64,000 nt of DNA, taken from an uncultured Holophagales bacterium. Its GTDB lineage: Bacteria; Acidobacteriota; Thermoanaerobaculia; Multivoradales; UBA5704. Positions 22,381 to 30,387 of the stretch are shown one piece after another. The number at the start of each line of letters is the position of its first letter. Within the stretch, counting starts at the first letter, position 1. The stretch spans positions 736,001 through 800,000 of the forward strand of contig CAWJGT010000003.1 in assembly GCA_963842525.1 (NCBI GenBank). Direction: 5' to 3'. Both the position numbers and the translations under genes were made by a program. The notes below the pieces were generated by a model, which was not told where the DNA came from, did not search any database, and saw nothing but the letters and a program-made list of their open reading frames with translations.

Positions 22381-23502
22381 TTACGCCGCCAGCACCTCCC
22401 CCAAAGCCGCCAGGAAGCGCTCCATCTGCGGCCGGGTGCCGACGGTCACCCGCAGGTGGGTGGGGAGCGCGGGGAAGCGGCGGCCGACCTGGACGCGCCG
22501 CTCACGCAGTTGATCGATCACCTTGCCGACGTCCTGCCGCAGATCGGTCATCAGGAAGTTAGTCTGCGAGGAGATGGACCGGTAGCCGCGGTTGGCGAGC
22601 TCGCCGGTCGCCCAATCCCTCGTCTCCCGATTGAGGCGCCGGCTTCGCTCCAGATGGGCGGTGTCGCTGAGGGCGGCCTGGGCGGCGGCCAGGGCCTGGA
22701 GGTTCAGGGTGTCCCAGGCCTGGTGGAAGCGCAGGCGGTCCAGCGTCTCGGGACGCGCCAGGGCGTAGCCGCAGCGCAGGCCGGCCATGCCGTAGATCTT
22801 CGAAAAGGTACGCGCCACCACCAGATTCGGATGCTCCGCCACCAACGGCACGACGGACTCGTAGCCGTCCCCGTTTGCATAGTGGTGATAGGCCTCGTCG
22901 ACCAGCGCGACCGTGCCGGCGGGCACGCGGGAGAGGAAGCCGCGCAGGTCCGGCGTCACGCTCCCCGTGGGGTTGTTCGGGTTGCAGATGTAGACCAGCC
23001 CGGCGAAGCGGGCCGCCTCGTGCATCTTCGCCAGGTCGTGCCGGTGGTCGGCGGTCAGCGCGGTCCGGATCACCTCCGCCCCGGCGGCGCGGGCATAGCG
23101 GCCGATGGCCTCGAAGGTGGGATCGGCCATCGCCACCGGGCGGCCGGGTCCGGTGAAGGCTGCGGCGCAGAGCTTGAGGATCTCGCCCGATCCGTTGCCC
23201 AGGAGCACGTGATCGCTCTCCACGCCGTGGAGCTTCGCGATCTCGTTGGTGAGGGCATCGGCGGCCTCGTCGGGATAGCGCCAGACCTGGTCGAACGCCT
23301 TGCGCATGGCGTCGAAAGCCGCGGGCGGCGGGCCGTACGGGTTCTCGTTGGAGCTCAGGCGGACGATGTCGTCCGGAACCGGGGGCGCCGTCTCGGTGCA
23401 AGACGCCGCAGGAAGGGGAGAGGGGCGCAGGGCCACCGAGGCGATCCCGGCCCCGAGGAGGCCGGCGAACCGCCGGCGCGAGATGGCAGTGACGAGCTCC
23501 AT
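22381..23502 (-). CDS. HisC-like class I/II PLP aminotransferase with twin-arginine signal
   Basis: SRRRFAG Tat motif; LSSNENPYG, GNGSGE, CNPNNPTG, DEAY, RTFSKIYGMAGLRCGY. Confidence 0.88.
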   Translation of the reverse strand: MELVTAISRRRFAGLLGAGIASVALRPSPLPAASCTETAPPVPDDIVRLSSNENPYGPPPAAFDAMRKAFDQVWRYPDEAADALTNEIAKLHGVESDHVLLGNGSGEILKLCAAAFTGPGRPVAMADPTFEAIGRYARAAGAEVIRTALTADHRHDLAKMHEAARFAGLVYICNPNNPTGSVTPDLRGFLSRVPAGTVALVDEAYHHYANGDGYESVVPLVAEHPNLVVARTFSKIYGMAGLRCGYALARPETLDRLRFHQAWDTLNLQALAAAQAALSDTAHLERSRRLNRETRDWATGELANRGYRSISSQTNFLMTDLRQDVGKVIDQLRERRVQVGRRFPALPTHLRVTVGTRPQMERFLAALGEVLAA

Positions 23503-23517
23503 GGCAAAACCTCCGGG

Positions 23518-23991
23518 TCACAGCCCCTTGAGCAGTACCTCCGCCGAGCTGACCTCGAAGCGGCCGGGCTGGTCGACCTTGAGGTCCTTGACGACGCAGT
23601 CCTCGATGAGGGCGGCGTAGCGGCGGGAGCGCATGCCGAGGCCGAAGGCGCGGGAGTCCATCTCCAGGCCCATGGCGCGGGCGAAGTCGCCGTTGCCGTC
23701 GGCCAGCATCAGGATCTTCTCGCCGACGCCCCGGGCGTTGCCCCAGGCCCCCATCACGAAATGGTCGTTGACGGCCACGCAGGCGATCGTGTCGATCCCC
23801 TTGGCCTTGAGGTCGTTCGCCCGTTCGACGAAGCTGGGCAGGTGCTGGTCGGAGCAGGTGGGGGTGAAGGCCCCGGGGACCGCGAAGAGGACGACCCGCT
23901 TGCCACGGCAGAGCTCGGTCGTGGAAATGTCCTTGCCGTCGGACGTCTTCAGCTTCACATCGGGGATCGTCTGACCGATCTCGATCGCCAT
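23518..23991 (-). CDS. Peroxiredoxin (Prx5/redoxin type)
   Basis: FAVPGAFTPTCSDQHLP, VNDHFVMGAW, RSRRYA. Confidence 0.93.
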   Translation of the reverse strand: MAIEIGQTIPDVKLKTSDGKDISTTELCRGKRVVLFAVPGAFTPTCSDQHLPSFVERANDLKAKGIDTIACVAVNDHFVMGAWGNARGVGEKILMLADGNGDFARAMGLEMDSRAFGLGMRSRRYAALIEDCVVKDLKVDQPGRFEVSSAEVLLKGL

Positions 23992-24070
23992 CGCTCTCTC
24001 CCTGGAAGGATTGCCGGCCGGACCCGTGCAAGAAGGTCCCGGCCGGAAGGATCGTATCTCCAAACGGGGC

Positions 24071-25423
24071 TCACTGGCAGGGGCGGAGGAGCTCCCGTTC
24101 GCGCAGCACGGCCCGGCGGAGGGCGTCCTCGCCGGTGAATCCGAGGGACCGGGCGTAGGTGTCGAGGTCGGCCGGCCGGGGTCGGCCGAGCCGCTCCTCG
24201 AAGAACCAGCGCCACAGCTCTTCGTCCGTGCATCCCGCATCGGCGAGGGAGGGGTTTTCGAGGCCCCTTGCCGCGACGAGGCGCTGTTTTTCCCGCGCCA
24301 GGGCTTGCAGGGCGCCCCAGGCCCCGGTCGTGCGCAGGTGGTCGCGCAGGTGGGGGTCGAGGTCGACCTCGATCATCTGGAGGACCTTGCCGATCAGCGC
24401 CTCGTCGCGCATCAGGAGGGCGAACGACTCCGGGCTCATCTCCTGATCGCCGAGCCAGCTTCGTAGCTCTCCCTCGTTGAACAGCCCGCGTTCGCGCCGG
24501 AACCTCTCCGCCGCCGCCTCCACTGCTGCGGAATCCACCCCGATGCCGAGCTGTGCGGCCAGCTCGAGGGCGAGGGCCCGGGCCCGGGCGGTTTCTCTGG
24601 ACCGCAGGCAGAGATCCCCCTGGAGGCCGAGCTCTTCGAGCGCCGCGTCGGCCAGCCGGTCGCGGCCGCCTGGATCGGGCTCTCGCTGCTGCGCCTCCCG
24701 GCGGAGCATCTCCCATTCCAGGGTGTGCTGGAAGCGGAAGCGCACCGGCTTCGGAGGCGTGCCGGCGTCCCGCCGCTCGCGGAGGTGGTGCAGCAGAGCG
24801 AGGGCATCGGCGCGTTTCTGGTCCACCCGGTTCCGCGGCAGCCAGGACTCCAGGGCGGCGAGCCTGTCCTGTGGAAGGCCTTCGCGGGCGGCGCGCCGGA
24901 GGAGGCCTGGAAAGGTGCGCTCGGGGTAATAGAGGCTTTTCGCGATGCCGATCAGCGCCTGCCGGACCTCTGGTGCGAGGACGCCCGCCGCTTCCGCCGC
25001 GGCGAGCGTCCAACGCACGTTGACCAGAGCCTCCGAGGCTGCCTGGAAGCCTGCCTCGGCGGGGCCGTGGACGACCGCCACCTCGTCGTCGTCGTCCAGC
25101 TCGCCGGCGCGGAATGCCGCGAACACCTCGCCCACGCCCTCCATGCCGAAGACCTCCAGCTCGGCTGCGCGGAGCGCCCCCATGCTGGCCGCTCCGACGA
25201 CGTGAACGCCCTCGGCCAGGGCCCAGAGGATCTCCTTGTGCAGGACCGCGGGGACCCGCTCGAAATAGCCGTCGACGAGGCCGATCGCCCAGGGGCGCCG
25301 GCGGGCCGCGCGGTAGACGTCCCCCCGCGCCGCCGGCGGGAGGTAGACGGCGTCGAGGTGCCGCCTCGCCTCGGCGACGGAGAGGGTGGGCCCGAGGAAG
25401 ACGACGATCTCAGGAGAGCTCAT
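24071..25423 (-). CDS. TfuA-like protein with long C-terminal extension
   Basis: VFLGPTL, PPAARGD, LVDGYF..PAVLHKEIL, GAASMGALRAAEL, DDDEVAVVHGP, SEALVNVR, DQKRADA. Confidence 0.9.
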   Translation of the reverse strand: MSSPEIVVFLGPTLSVAEARRHLDAVYLPPAARGDVYRAARRRPWAIGLVDGYFERVPAVLHKEILWALAEGVHVVGAASMGALRAAELEVFGMEGVGEVFAAFRAGELDDDDEVAVVHGPAEAGFQAASEALVNVRWTLAAAEAAGVLAPEVRQALIGIAKSLYYPERTFPGLLRRAAREGLPQDRLAALESWLPRNRVDQKRADALALLHHLRERRDAGTPPKPVRFRFQHTLEWEMLRREAQQREPDPGGRDRLADAALEELGLQGDLCLRSRETARARALALELAAQLGIGVDSAAVEAAAERFRRERGLFNEGELRSWLGDQEMSPESFALLMRDEALIGKVLQMIEVDLDPHLRDHLRTTGAWGALQALAREKQRLVAARGLENPSLADAGCTDEELWRWFFEERLGRPRPADLDTYARSLGFTGEDALRRAVLRERELLRPCQ

Positions 25424-26654
25424 CCGAGGTGGCGGCCGCGCGGGCCCGCGGCCCAGGCAGATAGCCCGTCAGGTCGGCGTCGGTCTCCAGGCCGGGGACC
25501 ACGACGTGCACGACGGGAACCCCGAAGGCAGGGTGCGTCAGGTCGACGGCCACCGCCTGCCGCATCCCGGCTTCGGCAAGGCGTTCGAGGAGCCAGCCCA
25601 CGTCCTCGGCGAAGGTCTCGCTCTCCCGGGTCGGCGCCTCGCAGAAGCCGCGCAGCGGTCCCGTCGGCTCCACGTCCTCGGCGATGCGCTGCGCCTCGTC
25701 CGCGTCCCGCAGCCGCTCGTAGTGTTCCAGGCGCAGATCGTCCCGCGATCCGGCGATGGAGGTGAGGCGGGTCTGGGCCGCTTCGGTAAGGGCCCGCAGA
25801 AGCGCCACCTCGCGCGCCGGGTGGCACCCCAGGCCGGCGCCTGCGAAGAGCGGATGAAAGGGATCGGGATCGCGGTCGAGGATCGTGCAGCGGAAGGCCG
25901 GGACACCGAGGTCGCTCGTGAGGTCCCAGACTGCCACGGCGATGCCGGCGCGCTCGTAGAGGTCCAGGGCTTCGCGGCAGGCGGGATCGTCGACCGTCGC
26001 GAGGTCCACGCGCGTGCGCTGCTGGACGCCGGGCGGGCGCGCGAGCCAGAGCGCGTTCGCATCCCGCTCGATCACCTCGCAAAGGGCATGGGAGAGCGCC
26101 TCCAGAGGATGGTTGCCCGACGCCAGGCCGTTGGACGACGCGGCGAAGCAGCCGCTTCCCGGGGCCAGCGGCAGGGTGAGGTTCATGTGGACCATCTCGT
26201 AGGGGACCCAGACCGCGGTGTCGCCCAGCAGGTCGTGTCCCTCGATCCACAGCAGTTGCAGGTCGTCGTGAAAGAGGCTGGTGGACAGCCGCGGCAGGGC
26301 GGAGACCTCCGCCAGCGGATGAGTGAAGCGAAGCTCGTTGAAGCTGGCCAGCTTCAGCGGCTGCGTGATCCGCTCCGCATGGTACAGCTCGATCGCCTCC
26401 ATCAGGCCGGAGGCGCGGGCGGCGGCCAGGTCGAGCCCCTTGCCCTGGCTGACCGACAGCGAGCGGGCATTCGGGCGGCAGACCATCACGACCGGGAGCC
26501 CGATCCGGTCCAACCCGGTCACGTTGGCGACCCGGGTGATGCCCATCACAGGCGCCCAGCGCATCACCCGCTCGAGGGTCTGCTCCGGCGGCACCGCGCG
26601 GTGCGTGCCGGTGCGGAACGCCTTGACGCCCGGCTCTGCGGTCCCGGGAGTCAT
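25410..26654 (-). CDS. YcaO-family protein (TfuA-associated, thioamide-forming class)
   Basis: GITRVANVTGLDRIG, SQGKG, ASGLMEAIE, SSNGLASGN, EVIERDA, RALTEAAQTRLT.IAGSRDD, VVPGLE. Confidence 0.92.
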   Translation of the reverse strand: MTPGTAEPGVKAFRTGTHRAVPPEQTLERVMRWAPVMGITRVANVTGLDRIGLPVVMVCRPNARSLSVSQGKGLDLAAARASGLMEAIELYHAERITQPLKLASFNELRFTHPLAEVSALPRLSTSLFHDDLQLLWIEGHDLLGDTAVWVPYEMVHMNLTLPLAPGSGCFAASSNGLASGNHPLEALSHALCEVIERDANALWLARPPGVQQRTRVDLATVDDPACREALDLYERAGIAVAVWDLTSDLGVPAFRCTILDRDPDPFHPLFAGAGLGCHPAREVALLRALTEAAQTRLTSIAGSRDDLRLEHYERLRDADEAQRIAEDVEPTGPLRGFCEAPTRESETFAEDVGWLLERLAEAGMRQAVAVDLTHPAFGVPVVHVVVPGLETDADLTGYLPGPRARAAATSDELS

Positions 26655-26687
26655 CTCGAAGGACGCTCGAAAGGCGACGGCCGTGAG

Positions 26688-26942
26688 CTACTTCTTGGGA
26701 TCGCGGTACGCCTTCAGATTGAACAGATGACTGCCCTCATGATGCGACCCGATCGCGACGATCGGGTGAAGCTTCTTGGGTACGCTGTCCTTCGTGAGGA
26801 CCGCGTGGGCCACGCCCTGTTTGACCAGGTTCTCCACGAATTTCACGACCTCGGGATTGTCCGTCTTGTGAGGGGCGAGATCGGCATCCGTGACGGCATA
26901 GATGCTTCCGTCCTCGCCGACGATGAAAAATTTTCTCTCCAT
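26688..26942 (-). CDS. 84-aa small protein, candidate YcaO/TfuA substrate
   Basis: GGAGGG SD; co-oriented directly upstream of ycaO; coding-like GC3 pattern. Confidence 0.75.
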   Translation of the reverse strand: MERKFFIVGEDGSIYAVTDADLAPHKTDNPEVVKFVENLVKQGVAHAVLTKDSVPKKLHPIVAIGSHHEGSHLFNLKAYRDPKK

Positions 26943-26997
26943 GCCATCCCTCCGGTTCAGGCAGCTTCGGTGTTACGGATTGTCCTCGAAGACGGCT

Positions 26998-29900
26998 TCA
27001 GCGTACCACGGCGGGTCCGGCCGCCTCAATCCCGAGCGAGCCGAGCAGGGCCGCCGCGTCCTGGAGGTCGGGGGTGGCGAACCCTTCGGAGAAGGAGGCG
27101 TAGAGGGGGGCGAGGAGATTGCGGGCCTCCTCGTCCCGTCCCTGGCTGCGCCAGAGCCGCGCGAGGCTGGCGGCGGCGCGCAGCTCCAGGGCTTTCGATC
27201 CCAGGCGCCGGGCGAGGTCCAGGGCCTGCCGGAAGCGCTCGGCCGCTTCCTCGAGGCGGGCGTGTCCGCCGGGCTCCAGGAGCGCGAGCTCCCCCTCGAG
27301 CCGGTGGATCTCCGGCTGCCAGAAGAAGCGGTCCTCCAGGCCGGAGAGGAGCTCGCGGGCGCGGGCGGCCGTACGCCGGCCCTCTTCGATCCGGCCCAGC
27401 CGGATATAGCACTCGATCAGCAGCGACAGCGTGTTGAGCTCCGAGAGCCTGGCCCTGGAGGCGCCGAAGGCTTCGATGCCGCCCAGCACGCGCCGCAGCC
27501 CCTCGGCATGGAGAGACGGGTCGGGCCCATGGACCATGGCCCAGCCGAGCCGCATGTTGCCGTGCGCCGCCTCATGGAGGAAGCCCTTCTCCTCCGCCAG
27601 GGTGACGAGGCTCGCGGCCTGCTCCCGCACGGCGGAGGCCTCGCGCCGGAAATAGCGCAGCCAGGTCGCCATGCTGAGGGCGTCGGCCAGGCTGTATGGG
27701 TGGGCGATCTCGCGGGCCAGCACGATGGCCTGCTCGCTGCGCGCGAGGGCCTGATCCGGGAGGCCGAGCTGCCAGAGGACGAGCCCCAGGGTACCGATCG
27801 AGGTGGCGGCGATGTCGATGCCGGTGACGGACATGGTGGAGCGGTCCCGCTCGGGAGAGTCGAGGGAGATCCCGCGCTCCAGGAGCTCGCGTGCCAGCGC
27901 CGGCTCGCCTCGGAAGAGCTGCGGCAGCGCCGCGGCCAGGTGGGCTTCGAAGAGGAGCGTGCGGTCGCCGCTCGCGTCGGCGAGGCGCATCATGCTCCGG
28001 CCGAGCTCCAGGGCCTTCGGAAGCTCCGCCCGGATGAGATGGAACACCCAGAGACCGCGCAGGACCCAGAAGTGCTCCGGCGTCTCCCCCAGCCTGTTGC
28101 AGAGCTCCAGGGCGCGCGCATAGCACTGCTCGACCCCCTGAGTGGTGTAGCCCCGCGTGGCGATCAGCGCCGGCCCGAGAGCGGTGCGCAGAGCGAGCTC
28201 CTGGGAGTCCCGCTCCCGGCCTTCGGGCAGCGCATCGAGCAGCCCGAGGCCTTTCTCGAAGTGGCCGATCGCCTCGACGTGAGCCGACCGCTCGGCGGCG
28301 TGCCGCCCGGCCTCCAGCCAGCAGGGCAGGGCCTGCTCGTGCAGGCCGGCCTCGGTGAAGTGGTGGGCCACCACCTCGGGCCGCGCCGCGGCCTCGGCCG
28401 GGAACTGCTCCGTCAGGGCCGCGGCGATCCGCTGGTGGAGCTGCTGCCGGGTGCTGCGCAGGAGAGAGCCGTAGGCGGCCTCCTGGAGCAGGGCGTGTTT
28501 GAAAGTGTAGGACGCCGCGGGCGGCACGCCCCGCTGGTAGAGCAGATCGGCGTCGACGAGCCGCTCGAGCTCGCGGCGCAGCGTCTCTTCGGGGAGCGGG
28601 CAGACCGCGCGGATCATGCCCCAGGTGAGCTCCCGGCCGAGCACGGCGGCGATCTGCACGACTTCGCGGGTCCCCGACAGGCGGTCCAGGCGGGCCAGGA
28701 GGGAGTCCTCGAGCGTCGCCGGGATGGCGAGCGGCGGCAGCGGCGCGGTCAGGACATAGCGCTGCCCCTCCTCCCGCAGGAGTCCCGAGCCGAGGAGCAT
28801 CTTGGTCAGCTCCTCCACGAACAGGGGCACGCCGTCGGTCTTCGCCACGATCTGGAGGAGGACCTCCGGAGGCAGGGTGCGGCCGCCGGCCACGCCGCGC
28901 GCCAGCGCCTCCACCTCGCTCTCGCCGAGGTGGTCCAGCAGGATGTGGACGATCGCAGGGTGCCCTCCCCAGGCCGGACTGAACGACGGGCGGGAGGTGA
29001 GCAGCAGGAGGAGCCGCAGGCTCGGGCCCTGTCGCACCAGCAGCTTCAGGAACTCGAGCGTCGAAGGGTCCACCCAGTGCAGGTCCTCGATCGCCAGGAC
29101 CACCGGCCCGCGCTCCGCCAGGGCGGCGAGGATCCCGAGCAGCGCGCTCAGCGTCTTCTCCTTGCGCCGCTGCGGGGTCAGGCCGAGGGTCTCCCGGTCC
29201 TCTCCCGGCTCGAGGCCGAGGAGCCGGGCGAAGAGCTCCCTCTCCTCCGCCCCGGGAAACCCGAGCGCGACCAGCCCTTCCTGCAGCTTGCGGAGCCGGT
29301 CGGCCGCCGTGTCCTCGGGCCGTAGCCGGAGCAGATCCTGGAGAAGGTCGAGGACGGCGGAGAAGGCGCTGTTCTGCTGGAAGAGCGAGCAGCGGCAGAC
29401 GAGCCACCGGTGGACCTCGCCGGCGGCGCGCTCGCGGAACAGTTGGACCAGGCGCGACTTGCCGATCCCAGCATCGCCGGTGATGAGGACTGTCCGCCCG
29501 TGCCCCTCCTGGACCTTTTCCAGGCTGCGGAGCAGGGTTGCCAGCTCGTCCTGCCGTCCCACCGCCGGGCTCAGCCCGCGCGCCAGGGCCAGCTCGAAGG
29601 AGGTGCGCACTCCGCTCTGGCCCAGCACCTGGTGCACCTCGAGCGGCGCGGAGACCCCCTTGAGGACTCTGGGACCGAGCGACCGGCAGGCGAAGAACCC
29701 CTGGACGAGCGTCTGGGTCTGATCGCTGACCACGACGGTCCCCGGCTCGGCGAGCGCGCAGAGCCGGGCCGCGATGTTCGGCGTCTGCCCGATCGCGAGC
29801 CGCTCGCGCACCTCGCCGCTGCCGACCTCTCCGGCCACCGCGGAGCCGGTATGGATGCCGACGCGGACTCCCAGCCGGATCCCCTGCACCGCCTCCAGGC

Positions 29901-30360
29901 GCGGCGTGAGCCGCTCGATCGCCTCGATGATCCCCAGCCCGGCGTGCACCGCGCGCTGCGTGTCCTCCTCGTGCGCCACGGGATATCCGAAATAGGCGAG
30001 CAGGCCGTCTCCCAGACGCTGGGCCGTGTGCCCGCCAAAGCGGTCGACCACCTCCCCGGCGGCGTCCTGGCAGGTACGCAGGATCTCCAGGTACTCCTCG
30101 GGGTCGAGCCCCGCCGAGGTCGTCAGCGCGCAGAAGAGCACGCTGAGGCGGCGGCGCTCGGCCGCGGGCTCCTGGGCGGGCCACGCCGGCGCCGCGGCCT
30201 CAGCCGCCGATGCCAGCGGCCGGCCGCACCTGCCACAGAACTTGTGTCCGGGAGGGATCTCGAAACCGCACGCGGAGCAGACCTGCCGCAGAGGGCTGCC
30301 GCACTGGCCGCAGAACCGCATTCCTTCCGGATTGTTCGAGCCGCAGGTGGGGCAGAGCAT
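26998..30360 (-). CDS. Double zinc ribbon + class III cyclase-like + STAND/AAA ATPase + TPR protein
   Basis: Four CxxC pairs; ERRRLSVLF, LGDGLLAYFG, RVGIHTG, GQTPNIAARL; GDAGIGKS Walker A, IEDLHW, GVPLFVEE, FKHALLQ; helical C-terminus ending FSEGFATPDL. Confidence 0.92.
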   Translation of the reverse strand: MLCPTCGSNNPEGMRFCGQCGSPLRQVCSACGFEIPPGHKFCGRCGRPLASAAEAAAPAWPAQEPAAERRRLSVLFCALTTSAGLDPEEYLEILRTCQDAAGEVVDRFGGHTAQRLGDGLLAYFGYPVAHEEDTQRAVHAGLGIIEAIERLTPRLEAVQGIRLGVRVGIHTGSAVAGEVGSGEVRERLAIGQTPNIAARLCALAEPGTVVVSDQTQTLVQGFFACRSLGPRVLKGVSAPLEVHQVLGQSGVRTSFELALARGLSPAVGRQDELATLLRSLEKVQEGHGRTVLITGDAGIGKSRLVQLFRERAAGEVHRWLVCRCSLFQQNSAFSAVLDLLQDLLRLRPEDTAADRLRKLQEGLVALGFPGAEERELFARLLGLEPGEDRETLGLTPQRRKEKTLSALLGILAALAERGPVVLAIEDLHWVDPSTLEFLKLLVRQGPSLRLLLLLTSRPSFSPAWGGHPAIVHILLDHLGESEVEALARGVAGGRTLPPEVLLQIVAKTDGVPLFVEELTKMLLGSGLLREEGQRYVLTAPLPPLAIPATLEDSLLARLDRLSGTREVVQIAAVLGRELTWGMIRAVCPLPEETLRRELERLVDADLLYQRGVPPAASYTFKHALLQEAAYGSLLRSTRQQLHQRIAAALTEQFPAEAAARPEVVAHHFTEAGLHEQALPCWLEAGRHAAERSAHVEAIGHFEKGLGLLDALPEGRERDSQELALRTALGPALIATRGYTTQGVEQCYARALELCNRLGETPEHFWVLRGLWVFHLIRAELPKALELGRSMMRLADASGDRTLLFEAHLAAALPQLFRGEPALARELLERGISLDSPERDRSTMSVTGIDIAATSIGTLGLVLWQLGLPDQALARSEQAIVLAREIAHPYSLADALSMATWLRYFRREASAVREQAASLVTLAEEKGFLHEAAHGNMRLGWAMVHGPDPSLHAEGLRRVLGGIEAFGASRARLSELNTLSLLIECYIRLGRIEEGRRTAARARELLSGLEDRFFWQPEIHRLEGELALLEPGGHARLEEAAERFRQALDLARRLGSKALELRAAASLARLWRSQGRDEEARNLLAPLYASFSEGFATPDLQDAAALLGSLGIEAAGPAVVR

Positions 30361-30387
30361 CGGATCTCTTCGAAGAGCGGCGGCGCC

